Assembly: GCA_046704385.1 (NCBI GenBank)
Contig: JBJKSB010000041.1
Span: 159,106 to 223,105, forward strand
Source: Bacteroidales bacterium
Lineage (GTDB): Bacteria > Bacteroidota > Bacteroidia > Bacteroidales > SZUA-534
Length of the DNA: 64,000 bases
Direction: 5' to 3'
Shown: piece by piece, positions 1-9,426 of the stretch
How the letters are laid out: each line of letters opens with the position of its first letter
Position numbering within the stretch: position 1 is the first letter of the stretch
Position numbers and translations under genes: made by a program
Notes under the pieces: model-generated
Told to the model about the DNA's origin: nothing
What the model saw: the letters and a program-made list of their open reading frames with translations, nothing else
Database searches by the model: none

Positions 1-1
1 G

Positions 2-280
2 ACCTGTGAATGGGCAAAATATAACATCCAGGTGAATGGCATTGGTCCTGGTTATATTGCAACTTCACAAACAGCTGCTATCCGGGAGGGAAATCATCCG
101 TTTAACGATTTGGTAATGACCCGTACTCCGGCAGGACGTTGGGGTGAGCCTGAGGATGTGGGAAATGCAGCCTTGTTTCTGGCTTCAAAAGCAGCCGACT
201 TTGTAAACGGCCATGTGCTTTATGTTGATGGTGGTATACTTGCAAACTTTGGATATGTTAAAGGTGAAAATGATATTTAA
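2..280 (+). CDS. SDR-family oxidoreductase, C-terminal fragment (gluconate 5-dehydrogenase / KduD-like); the 5' end lies outside the window
   Basis: This frame is open from the window edge (TCEWAKYNIQVNGIGPGYI...). The C-terminal SDR signature 'RWGEPEDVGNAALFLASKAADFVNGHVLYVDGG' is present. The gene lies directly upstream of uxaC-kdgK-eda. Confidence 0.8.
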   Translation, partial: TCEWAKYNIQVNGIGPGYIATSQTAAIREGNHPFNDLVMTRTPAGRWGEPEDVGNAALFLASKAADFVNGHVLYVDGGILANFGYVKGENDI

Positions 281-466
281 TTTTGGATATAAAGTTTATT
301 AATCAGGATTCACCCTCCTAACCACCCTCAAGGGAGGACTGTTTCAAATAAACTCAACTGCTGAAATGAAACAGTATCCCCTTGAGGAGATTATAGGGGT
401 GACTCCATGAAAAATGAACAAGGAACGTGTATAGAACCCGTTTATTAAACAAAAAACAGAAAAAAA

Positions 467-1867
467 ATGAAACCATTTTTAGACGATAATTTTGTATTGC
501 AAACCGAAACAGCTGAATATCTGTATCATGAGCATGCTAAAAAGATGCCGGTTATTGACTATCACAGCCATTTAATTCCGCAGCAAATAGCAGAAAATAA
601 AAAGTTTGAGAATATCACTCAGCCCTGGTTGTATGGTGACCATTATAAGTGGCGGGCTATGCGTACCAATGGGGTGAACGAACGCTATTGTACCGGTAAT
701 GCCTCCGATTGGGAGAAATTTGAAAAATGGGCCGAAACGGTTCCTCACACCTTGCGGAACCCCTTGTATCATTGGACTCACCTGGAGTTAAAAAGATATT
801 TTGGTGTGGATGAACTATTAAATACGACAACGGCCAAACGAATCTACGATCGCACATCAGCCATGCTTCAGGAGGATTCCTACAGGGTAAAAGGATTGTT
901 GAGCAAAATGAATGTGGAACTGGTATGTACTACCGACGATCCGGTTGATAACCTGGAATTTCATAAACAGATTGCCCGTGATGGTGATAAAACCCGGGTA
1001 TTGCCCACCTGGCGGCCCGATAAAGCAATGGCAGTAGATAATGCTAAATCTTATAATACGTATCTCGATTTACTATCTTCTGTTTCGGGTGTGGAAATAA
1101 AAGAATTTAAAAATCTGATTGAAGCCTTACGGATCAGGCATGATTATTTTGCAGAATTGGGATGCAAACTTTCTGACCATGGTATCGAAGTGTTTTATGC
1201 GGAAGATTATACACAAGCAGAAATCAATTCTATCTTCAATAAAATAAGAGGGGGAAAAGATTTAAATGCCAATGAGGTTCTGAAGTTTAAATCAGCCATG
1301 TTATATGAGTTTGCCATATTGGATCACGAAAAAGGATGGACACAACAATTTCATTATGGGGCATTACGGAACAATAGCACCCGGCTTTTGGCCAAGTTAG
1401 GACCCGATACAGGACTTGATTCCATTGGCGATTGGACGGTTGGTGTTGAAATGTCAAAATTTTTAAATAAACTGGATACAGAAGACAAACTGGCAAAAAC
1501 CATTTTATATAACCTTAATCCGGCTCACAACGAGATGGTAGCCACCATGATTGGGAATTTTCAGGATGGTTCGGTTCCTGGTAAAATACAGTTTGGATCA
1601 GGATGGTGGTTTTTGGATCAGAAAGACGGCATGGAAAAACAAATGAATGCTTTGTCTGCATTGGGTTTATTAAGCCGTTTTGTCGGAATGTTAACCGATT
1701 CCCGCAGCTTTTTAAGTTTCCCCAGACATGAATATTTCCGACGCATTCTTTGTAACTTGTTGGGCAATGATGTGGAGAATGGATTAATTCCTAATGACAA
1801 GGAATTACTCGGACAGATGGTGGAAAACATCAGTTATTATAATGCAAAAAATTATTTTAAGTTTTAA
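467..1867 (+). CDS. uxaC: Glucuronate isomerase (uronate isomerase)
   Basis: 466 aa. The N-terminus 'FLDDNFVLQTETAEYLYHEHAKKMPVIDYHSHL' and the motifs 'GDHYKWRAMR' and 'SGWWF' are typical of UxaC. Confidence 0.95.
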   Translation: MKPFLDDNFVLQTETAEYLYHEHAKKMPVIDYHSHLIPQQIAENKKFENITQPWLYGDHYKWRAMRTNGVNERYCTGNASDWEKFEKWAETVPHTLRNPLYHWTHLELKRYFGVDELLNTTTAKRIYDRTSAMLQEDSYRVKGLLSKMNVELVCTTDDPVDNLEFHKQIARDGDKTRVLPTWRPDKAMAVDNAKSYNTYLDLLSSVSGVEIKEFKNLIEALRIRHDYFAELGCKLSDHGIEVFYAEDYTQAEINSIFNKIRGGKDLNANEVLKFKSAMLYEFAILDHEKGWTQQFHYGALRNNSTRLLAKLGPDTGLDSIGDWTVGVEMSKFLNKLDTEDKLAKTILYNLNPAHNEMVATMIGNFQDGSVPGKIQFGSGWWFLDQKDGMEKQMNALSALGLLSRFVGMLTDSRSFLSFPRHEYFRRILCNLLGNDVENGLIPNDKELLGQMVENISYYNAKNYFKF

Positions 1868-1869
1868 AA

Positions 1870-2970
1870 ATGTCAGCATTAAACATAAAGCCATCTTCAG
1901 AGTGCACCTACGATTGTATTTCGCTGGGTGAAGTCATGTTAAGGCTGGATCCGGGAGAAGGAAGAATCCGGACAGCCCGCCAGTTCAGGGCATGGGAAGG
2001 TGGTGGAGAATACAATGTGTCCCGGGGTTTGCGTAAATGCTTTGGCAAAAAAACAGCCATTATTACGGCTTTAGCCGATAATGAAGTTGGAGCATTAATC
2101 GAAGATTTTATGCTTCAGGGAGGAGTGGACACCCAATTTGTTAAGTGGATGCCTTACGACGGATGTGGCCGGGAGGTTCGCAACGGACTGAATTTTACTG
2201 AAAGAGGTTTTGGCATACGTGGAGCCAAAGGGGTTTCGGATCGGGGAAACACAGCCGCCTCTCAGTTAAAACCAGGAGATATTGATTGGGAATATATTTT
2301 CGGAACGCTGGGCGTACGTTGGTTACATACCGGTGGAATTTTTGCTGCTCTTTCAAAGACTTCTGCACAAACCGTAATTGAGGCCGTAAAAATGGCAAAA
2401 AAATTTGGAACCATAGTTTCATATGACCTGAATTACAGGCCATCACTTTGGAAAGCCATTGGTGGCGAAGCCAAAGCCCGGGAAGTGAACCGGGAAATTG
2501 CAAACTATGTGGATGTTATGATAGGAAATGAAGAAGATTTTACGGCCAGTCTCGGATTAAAGGTTGAAGGCAACGATGAAAACCTTGCAGCTCTTGACAT
2601 ACAGGGCTACAAGAACATGATAAAATCAGCGGTAAAAGCTTTTCCTAACTTCAAAGTGATTGCAACAACATTGCGTACTGTAAAATCAGCAACTATAAAT
2701 TCCTGGGGAGCCATTTGTTATGATGGGAATGAAATTTATGAAGCAACCTACCGCGAAGACCTGGAAATTTTAGACCGGGTTGGCGGAGGCGATAGTTTCG
2801 CATCCGGGCTGATTTACGGATTTCTGGAATTTAACGATGGGGCAAAAGCTGTTGAATATGGTGCCGCCCACGGGGCCCTGGCAATGACAACTCCTGGTGA
2901 TACAACCATGGCAACATTGGCAGAAGTTGAGAAATTAGTAGGTGGAGGTAGCGCACGGGTGGACAGATAA
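1870..2970 (+). CDS. kdgK: PfkB-family sugar kinase, probably 2-dehydro-3-deoxygluconokinase
   Basis: 366 aa. It carries a PfkB signature-2-like motif 'DRVGGGDSFASGLIYG'. Its start lies 2 nt after the uxaC stop and it is followed by eda. Confidence 0.8.
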   Translation: MSALNIKPSSECTYDCISLGEVMLRLDPGEGRIRTARQFRAWEGGGEYNVSRGLRKCFGKKTAIITALADNEVGALIEDFMLQGGVDTQFVKWMPYDGCGREVRNGLNFTERGFGIRGAKGVSDRGNTAASQLKPGDIDWEYIFGTLGVRWLHTGGIFAALSKTSAQTVIEAVKMAKKFGTIVSYDLNYRPSLWKAIGGEAKAREVNREIANYVDVMIGNEEDFTASLGLKVEGNDENLAALDIQGYKNMIKSAVKAFPNFKVIATTLRTVKSATINSWGAICYDGNEIYEATYREDLEILDRVGGGDSFASGLIYGFLEFNDGAKAVEYGAAHGALAMTTPGDTTMATLAEVEKLVGGGSARVDR

Positions 2971-3111
2971 CAGTCAGCAGTCCTCAGTATTCAGTTCTTA
3001 GCAAATACTACTTGCTTTGAATTGCTGACTGAGGAGTGAAGATTGATTTAAACAAAATGAAAAGACAATAATAAATAGAGAACCAATAAGCTTGTAATTA
3101 ACAGTAAAACA

Positions 3112-3786
3112 ATGGCACGATTTAAACGATTACACGTACTGAATACAATCACCGAAACCGGTATCGTTCCGTTATATTATAATTCGGATACCGACCTGGT
3201 AAAAAAGGTGGTAAAAGCCTGTTATTCAGGGGGAGCCCGGGTTTTTGAGTTTACCAATCGGGGAGACTTTGCCCATGAAGTATTTGCGGAAGTCAACAAA
3301 TGGTGTGCAACGGAATGTCCTGAAATGATCATGGGAGTGGGTTCGGTCGTTGATCCGGGAACAGCGGCTCTTTACATACAATTGGGGGCAAATTTCATTG
3401 TATCACCCAGTCTGAATCCCGATATGGCAAAAACATGCAATCGTAGAAAAATTGCCTGGATGCCTGGATGCGCAACACTTTCGGAAATTAACCTGGCTGA
3501 AGAGCTGGGTTGCGAAATTGTGAAGATTTTTCCCGGCAAAGAAGTGGGAGGACCGTCATTTGTCAAAGCTGTTTTGGCTCCGTGCCCATGGACCCGTATT
3601 ATGCCAAGTGGGGGCGTTTCTCCCGACAGGGAAAATCTTGAAGCATGGTTCAAAGCCGGTGTTACATGTGTAGGTTTGGGTTCTCAGCTTACACCCAAAG
3701 AAGTTATTGCCAAAGGTGATTTTAAATTTATTGAAGATAAAGTGAGAGAAGCTTTAGCCTTTGTTAAAGAATTAAAAACGAATTGA
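3112..3786 (+). CDS. eda: KDPG / 4-hydroxy-2-oxoglutarate aldolase
   Basis: 224 aa. The Schiff-base lysine context 'EIVKIFPGKEVGG' and 'MPSGGV' are typical of class I Eda aldolases. Confidence 0.85.
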   Translation: MARFKRLHVLNTITETGIVPLYYNSDTDLVKKVVKACYSGGARVFEFTNRGDFAHEVFAEVNKWCATECPEMIMGVGSVVDPGTAALYIQLGANFIVSPSLNPDMAKTCNRRKIAWMPGCATLSEINLAEELGCEIVKIFPGKEVGGPSFVKAVLAPCPWTRIMPSGGVSPDRENLEAWFKAGVTCVGLGSQLTPKEVIAKGDFKFIEDKVREALAFVKELKTN

Positions 3787-3864
3787 AATTAGTAACCTTA
3801 CAAGGGTTCAAATCCTCCAGGAGTTAAACAGAATAAAATAAGGTTTAAACAAATACATATTCCT

Positions 3865-5037
3865 ATGAAACGAAAACTATATCTTTTAATCCTATCTGTT
3901 TTAACACTTATGTCTTGTTCAGAACACGATGAGGGCATATGGGTAAAAAATACACTCGATGAAGACTGCGTTAACGAAACAGTGAAAATTAACAAACAAC
4001 AACTTAATGCTGAAAACCAGCAAAATTTTGAAAACCTTGGGGTTTTTGATGAAGAAACACAAAAGTTTCTGCTTACTCAAAAATTGGATACTAATGAGGA
4101 TGGTGTTTCTGATGCCATGCTCTTTCAACCTAAAGTACCAGCCAATACTACCCGAAAATACAAATTGATGATAAACACTGACACCCAGAAGGTGGTGTCA
4201 AAAGTGTATTCACGTTTTGTACCTGAACGAACTGATGATTATGCCTGGGAGAACGACCGGGTTGCTTTTCGTACATACGGACCCCACGCTCAGCAACTGG
4301 CTGAAGCAAATGATCCGACAGGAACACTCTCAAGTGGATTGGATTGCTGGCTGAAACGGGTAGACTATCCGATTATCAATAAATGGTATAAAAAATATAC
4401 TTCAGGTACAGGTACTTACCATGTTGATACGGGCGAGGGACTGGATAATTATCATGTGAATTCCAGCAGAGGTTGCGGTGGAATTGGAGTCTATGAAAAT
4501 GGAAAATTATATACATCTAAAAATTTTGTGGCCTATAAAACGCGGACTAATGGACCAATTCGCACTTCGTTTAATCTTGATTATGCAAACTGGATGGCTG
4601 GAGAAAAAGCAGTGTCGGAACAAAAATTGATTAGTCTTGATCTGGGAAATAATTTAATGCGTATTGAGGAAAGGATTGCCGGAACAGATGAAATAGCGGC
4701 AGGAATAACACTACATGAAAACACGGGCACAACCTTTGAGGATACCGTAACGGGTTGTTTTTCATATTGGCAGAAACTTGACGATTCGGAATTGGGAACG
4801 GGATTGGTTATACCAGCAGCATACTATAATGGTTATACAAAAGTGGAATCTAAGGAACCTGATAAATCTCAATTGTTAGTACATCTCAAGGTAATTGATG
4901 ACAAAGTTGTTTATTATTCAGGTTTTGGATGGAAAAAAAGCGGTCAATTTGCGAACCAACAAGATTGGAATAATTATTTAAAGACTGAAGCAGTGAAAAT
5001 TAAAAATCCTTTGGAGGTAAGCATTTTAAGTAAGTAA
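3865..5037 (+). CDS. Lipoprotein of unknown function, DUF4861-like
   Basis: 390 aa. It has a lipoprotein signal 'LLILSVLTLMSC'. The motif 'DDYAWENDRVAFRTYGP' and a later 'YH...GCGGIG' recur in the paralog at 25902-27185. The family name is recalled from memory, not searched. Confidence 0.6.
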   Translation: MKRKLYLLILSVLTLMSCSEHDEGIWVKNTLDEDCVNETVKINKQQLNAENQQNFENLGVFDEETQKFLLTQKLDTNEDGVSDAMLFQPKVPANTTRKYKLMINTDTQKVVSKVYSRFVPERTDDYAWENDRVAFRTYGPHAQQLAEANDPTGTLSSGLDCWLKRVDYPIINKWYKKYTSGTGTYHVDTGEGLDNYHVNSSRGCGGIGVYENGKLYTSKNFVAYKTRTNGPIRTSFNLDYANWMAGEKAVSEQKLISLDLGNNLMRIEERIAGTDEIAAGITLHENTGTTFEDTVTGCFSYWQKLDDSELGTGLVIPAAYYNGYTKVESKEPDKSQLLVHLKVIDDKVVYYSGFGWKKSGQFANQQDWNNYLKTEAVKIKNPLEVSILSK

Positions 5038-5063
5038 ATCAAAAAAATTTAAAATATCATATC

Positions 5064-6308
5064 ATGTTAATCGAAAAATATTCATTTGGAACCGGCGATC
5101 GGTTTGGTAAGGAAGGGAAAGCTCAGCTGGCTGCAATACAAGCAATTAACAAACTTGGATTTAATGTGGTTCCGGTTTGGAATAAAAGCTACCGCGAACA
5201 CAGCATTGTGAAGACAACTCAAGCAGCAGTAGCAACCGAGGCTGCGGAAGCCGTAAAGGTAAATGATTGGGATGGCAACTATTATGTAGATGCCGACCAT
5301 ATTGGCATGGCCATAGTAGATGAGTTTGTTGATTACAGCAATTTTTTCACAATTGATGTTGCCCATTTTATTGGTAAATCAACCTCTCCGTCTGAAAAAG
5401 AAGGCTTTGTAAAAAACTATTCCAAATATCTTGGAAAATTAAATTTTCCGGGTATTGATGAGCAGTTTGATGTGACGGAAGCCTTTTTAGAAAAAGTTGC
5501 CGACACGTATTTAAATGCCATAAATGAAGTAAAAACCATTTACGATCATCTTGTGGCTAAAAAGGGAGCCGATAATTTCATTCCTGAGGTGTCGATGGAT
5601 GAATGTGAAATTGCACAATCGCCTCTTGAACTGTTTTTTATTTTAGCGGAACTGAAAAGGATTGGTGTTGAGGTACAGACTATTGCACCCAAGTTCACCG
5701 GCCTATTTGCAAAAGGTGTCGATTACATTGGAAATGTGGACCAGTTTGCCAAAGAATTTGAACAGGATGTTGCTGTAACTCAATTTGCCATTGCTAAGTT
5801 GGGATTACCTGCAAGTTTAAAACTTAGTGTACATAGTGGAAGCGATAAATTTGCCATTTATCCGGCCATGAAAAAAGCCATCGAAAAATTTGATGCCGGC
5901 TTACACGTGAAAACCGCAGGAACCACCTGGCTCGAAGAGGTGATTGGATTGGCACAGGCCGATGGCGAAGGTTTGGAGATTGCTAAAGAAATATATGCCA
6001 AATCGATGGATCGTTACGATGAATTAACCGGACCCTATGCTACGGTTTTGAACATCGAAAAGGCAAAATTGCCTTCAGTTCAGGAAGTTAAAGGTTGGAA
6101 CAGTCAGCAATTTTCTGATGCGTTAACACATAACCAGTCTTGTGCCGGTTATAATTCCAGCTTCCGCCAGGTAATTCATGTGGGTTATAAAATTGCAGTT
6201 GAAATGGGAACCCGTTATTCAAGTGCTTTAGATACGTACAGAGCGGTTATTGAAAAAAATGTAACGTATAATTTATTGGAAAGGCATCTGAAATTGCTTT
6301 TTAATTGA
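5064..6308 (+). CDS. uxaE: Tagaturonate/fructuronate epimerase
   Basis: 414 aa. The motifs 'SFGTGDRFG', 'SVHSGSDKFAIYPA' and 'HVKTAGTTWLEEV' match what I recall of the Thermotoga UxaE family. Confidence 0.7.
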   Translation: MLIEKYSFGTGDRFGKEGKAQLAAIQAINKLGFNVVPVWNKSYREHSIVKTTQAAVATEAAEAVKVNDWDGNYYVDADHIGMAIVDEFVDYSNFFTIDVAHFIGKSTSPSEKEGFVKNYSKYLGKLNFPGIDEQFDVTEAFLEKVADTYLNAINEVKTIYDHLVAKKGADNFIPEVSMDECEIAQSPLELFFILAELKRIGVEVQTIAPKFTGLFAKGVDYIGNVDQFAKEFEQDVAVTQFAIAKLGLPASLKLSVHSGSDKFAIYPAMKKAIEKFDAGLHVKTAGTTWLEEVIGLAQADGEGLEIAKEIYAKSMDRYDELTGPYATVLNIEKAKLPSVQEVKGWNSQQFSDALTHNQSCAGYNSSFRQVIHVGYKIAVEMGTRYSSALDTYRAVIEKNVTYNLLERHLKLLFN

Positions 6309-6348
6309 TAACTCAGGTTAATACAGAGACCCATATTATACAGTTTTC

Positions 6349-6380
6349 AATTCCCGCTATCAGGTGGGAATTTTTATTTA
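6349..6380 (+). terminator. Rho-independent terminator of the hexuronate operon
   Basis: A 7-bp stem AATTCCC / GGGAATT with a 10-nt loop is followed by TTTTTATTT. Confidence 0.6.
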
Positions 6381-6688
6381 AAATATAGGCAAAACCCAAA
6401 CAAGCCATAATAAGGGTTTTTAAAATAATCAAAGAATTATTTTATGACTAACTGACCTGTATTTATTCAAATCATTGTAAAAAAAATTTAAATTATGGAA
6501 TTTTACTTATTATTTTGCAGAAGGTATTTGCACACAATGATCTGAAAAACAACCTTCATTTTTTGGAAAAGTTATAAAAGTTGAAACAGAGGAAGAGTTA
6601 TATCGTAGATTGGATTTAGGATATTAGTGATGCAATAATATTTTAAATTAAAGAAAAACCGGGATAACTTTAAATATTAAATTTAAGA

Positions 6689-8125
6689 ATGGATAGTTCT
6701 TTTGATTCTATAAAAATAAAAAAGGAGTATGAGGATTATTTAGGAAAGATTTTTTTGAAGAATCTAACCCTTATTTTAAGTATTAGTATTGTTATTCTTT
6801 GCTATTATATTTATTCCGATTGGAGTGTAAGACATAATTTATTAGCCATTGAAGTCCGCATACCTCCTTTAGTGCTGATAATTACTTTACTTATTATCCA
6901 TTTATTGGCTCCACAAAAGCTTTATCGCTTAAAACATATACTTTACCTCTCAATTTACCTGACGCTTCAACTGATGATGTACGGCAAATGCCTGGTTCAT
7001 TTACATGAAGAAGCGCTTGCCCCAAGTGTTACAGGAACAATTTTAATACTTTTTTTAATTTCGTTAGATAATAAAGAAAATACTATGATAACAGCCATTA
7101 TTTATGCTGTACCCATACTTTTGTATACACTTCTGCTTATTTTAATTGGCAAACCTTCGTCTAAAGAATTCCTGGTTATGGCCGATGTTTATCCTATTGT
7201 GTTTTTGGGTTATACCGTAAACCGGATTCATAACAAACTTCGATTCAAACTTTTTGTAACAAATCATCTTTTAAATTTTGAAAAAGAAAAAACAAAAGAT
7301 TTGTATGAAGAAACATTACAAATAAATGAAGAACTGAAAAGATCAGCGACTGAAGCCATCGTAATTAAAGAAGAGATTCAGGAAAAGAATGAGGAATTAA
7401 ATATTAGCAATGCTACAAAAGACAAATTCCTTAGAATTATAGCCCATGATTTAAAAAATCCAATTCATGCAATTTGGGGAAGCTCTGATTTATTATTGAA
7501 AAAAGATAACATTAGTCCGGAAAAGCATCGGGAGTATCTGGTTTCAATAAATAAAACTATAAAACATACTTATCAGTTACTTGAAAATTTGCTTAACTGG
7601 GCCATGGCACAAAATAAATCCATTCTTTATAATCCGGTATTGCTTGATGCCAGCAAAGTAGTGGAAAATGAACTGAAAATGTTAAGAGAGTTAGCGGATA
7701 AAAAAGCGATAACTATTGAAAACAATATTCCAACAACCTTTAATGTTTATGCTGACCTTAGCATGTTTGAGACAATTATTCGAAACCTGGTTTCAAACGC
7801 TATAAAATATACTTTTAACAAAGGCCATATTCAAATTAATGCCAGAATGATTAATGAAGGAAGAAAAGACTACAGCGAAATAGTTGTTAGTGATGACGGA
7901 GTTGGAATGACCGGGGAAAAAACAGCAAAGCTGTTTAAAATAACTAAAAATATTTCGACCAAAGGTACCCAAAAAGAAGAAGGGACAGGGCTGGGACTGT
8001 TGCTTTGCAAAGAGTTTGTTGAGATTCACAAGGGAACCATTGAGGTTGAAAGTGCACCCGATAAAGGAAGTGTTTTCAAAGTTATACTGCCCTTTATTCC
8101 AACCAAATTAAAGGATTCCGTATAG
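6689..8125 (+). CDS. Membrane sensor histidine kinase (orphan; no cognate response regulator adjacent)
   Basis: 478 aa. The N-terminal ~190 aa is strongly hydrophobic with several TM segments, followed by a coiled-coil. The H-box is 'FLRIIAHDLKNP', and the HATPase_c N and G boxes are 'NLVSNAIKYT' and 'GTGLGLLLCKEFVEIHKG'. Confidence 0.85.
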   Translation: MDSSFDSIKIKKEYEDYLGKIFLKNLTLILSISIVILCYYIYSDWSVRHNLLAIEVRIPPLVLIITLLIIHLLAPQKLYRLKHILYLSIYLTLQLMMYGKCLVHLHEEALAPSVTGTILILFLISLDNKENTMITAIIYAVPILLYTLLLILIGKPSSKEFLVMADVYPIVFLGYTVNRIHNKLRFKLFVTNHLLNFEKEKTKDLYEETLQINEELKRSATEAIVIKEEIQEKNEELNISNATKDKFLRIIAHDLKNPIHAIWGSSDLLLKKDNISPEKHREYLVSINKTIKHTYQLLENLLNWAMAQNKSILYNPVLLDASKVVENELKMLRELADKKAITIENNIPTTFNVYADLSMFETIIRNLVSNAIKYTFNKGHIQINARMINEGRKDYSEIVVSDDGVGMTGEKTAKLFKITKNISTKGTQKEEGTGLGLLLCKEFVEIHKGTIEVESAPDKGSVFKVILPFIPTKLKDSV

Positions 8126-9323
8126 GTACATTTCTTAAAACCTCTTCGGTTTCAGGAAAATGTCGGTACTCTTTCCATAATTCAAACCATAAATTATTTT
8201 GGTAATATTTGGCACCAAACAGCATAGCAGGTTGAGCTACCGGCCATTTTTCCCAGTACATCACGTCGGGTTTTAACGGCCAAAAGTTCTTATTTTGAAT
8301 ATAAGGAGCCATATATTCCAACCCTTTTTTAATGCTTTTTCCGTCAGGGGTCGAAAATTGCCACAAGTTGTGGGTTGAATCCGAAAGTATTAAACAGTTC
8401 ATCACCATGGCATCGAGATTAAATAGTGAATAACCATAAGGTTTGGTACGCTCCTGTTCCAGTGGAAAACTTCCGTCGGCAGCCATCTGGTCGGGTAAAA
8501 GATGATTTATAAAACGATCACGGCAAAAGGAATAAATAGTATCGTTGCCTGTAAATTTGGCATATAATCCTACCTGCATGTTCCAACAGGTTCCGTGATT
8601 ATTGGGGTGTACCATTTCATCGTGGCCGTAAGGATGTGTTATTAACCATTGTGTAAACTCCGAAAACCACTGTTTGACTTTCTTCAGGGTTACCGGGTCA
8701 ATAGCATGATGCGATTCCAAAACCATGGTTGCTTCTACCACTTCCATTAAATGAATGGCATCGATAATACCAATGCCCCGCCCGGTATAGCGTCCTTTAA
8801 TGGCTTGTGCATAAAGCAGGTTTGGATTCATCCGGGTACTGTCGGTGATAAACCAGGCTTGTAAATGTTTTATAATGGCGTTAGCGTATTGGGTATCGTT
8901 TGTCAGCAAATAGGCTGAAGCTAAATTGCCGGTTATCTGGCTGAACCGGAGCATGGCTTCCCGATGTGAAGTGAAGTTTTTTGGATTTGATAGTCCATCC
9001 TTTCTGATATAAGGGCCACCAGGATTTTCCGGATCAGGCCACCAATAATCGCCTTCTGAATAAAAATCGTTTTGGGTTCCGGCACTGCGATCGCATGAAA
9101 AAGCAGTAATTGTCACAGGCTTTTCATGAATGTTTTTTTGAGCCAGCAATAAAACAGAATCTTTTAAAATGACGGTTGCTTTTGCGTTTAACGACTGAGA
9201 TTTCTCAACACAGGCACCCAAAATAAATGTGAGTGCAACAACTATCACGGAGTTCAGCAAAAGATATTTTTTATAAAGTTTTGTTTTGTTTAATCTGTTG
9301 AATTGAAGCAGGAGACCGGTCAT
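8094..9323 (-). CDS. Alginate-lyase-fold (PF05426-like) polysaccharide lyase family lipoprotein
   Basis: 409 aa. It has a signal or lipoprotein motif 'LTFILGAC'. 'HPNNHGTCWN' resembles the NNHSYW motif of AlgL/PL5-type lyases. The coding call is confident but the substrate is unknown. Confidence 0.55.
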   Translation of the reverse strand: MTGLLLQFNRLNKTKLYKKYLLLNSVIVVALTFILGACVEKSQSLNAKATVILKDSVLLLAQKNIHEKPVTITAFSCDRSAGTQNDFYSEGDYWWPDPENPGGPYIRKDGLSNPKNFTSHREAMLRFSQITGNLASAYLLTNDTQYANAIIKHLQAWFITDSTRMNPNLLYAQAIKGRYTGRGIGIIDAIHLMEVVEATMVLESHHAIDPVTLKKVKQWFSEFTQWLITHPYGHDEMVHPNNHGTCWNMQVGLYAKFTGNDTIYSFCRDRFINHLLPDQMAADGSFPLEQERTKPYGYSLFNLDAMVMNCLILSDSTHNLWQFSTPDGKSIKKGLEYMAPYIQNKNFWPLKPDVMYWEKWPVAQPAMLFGAKYYQNNLWFELWKEYRHFPETEEVLRNVPIRNPLIWLE

Positions 9324-9363
9324 AAACGTATCAAAGTATTAATCTATATTTTTTTCAATCCGA

Positions 9364-9404
9364 ATATACAAAATAAGCCGGGTCAAACAGAACACCGGCT
9401 TATT
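9364..9404 (-). terminator. Rho-independent terminator downstream of the tricorn-like protease gene
   Basis: A perfect 10-bp stem AATAAGCCGG / CCGGCTTATT (9372-9404) is followed on the minus strand by TTTTGTAT. Confidence 0.6.
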
Positions 9405-9426
9405 AAAAATTTATATATCAGCTTTT

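Noticed and set aside
572-1830. Four minus-strand ORFs (69, 66, 69 and 70 aa) inside uxaC
   Set aside because: They lie entirely antisense to a confidently identified uxaC. Their translations are low-complexity and not protein-like.
8094-9323. Treating the alginate-lyase-fold gene as part of the pectin PUL
   Set aside because: It is on the opposite strand. An orphan histidine kinase separates it from the hexuronate operon and the tricorn-like protease gene separates it from the PUL. Nothing indicates co-regulation.
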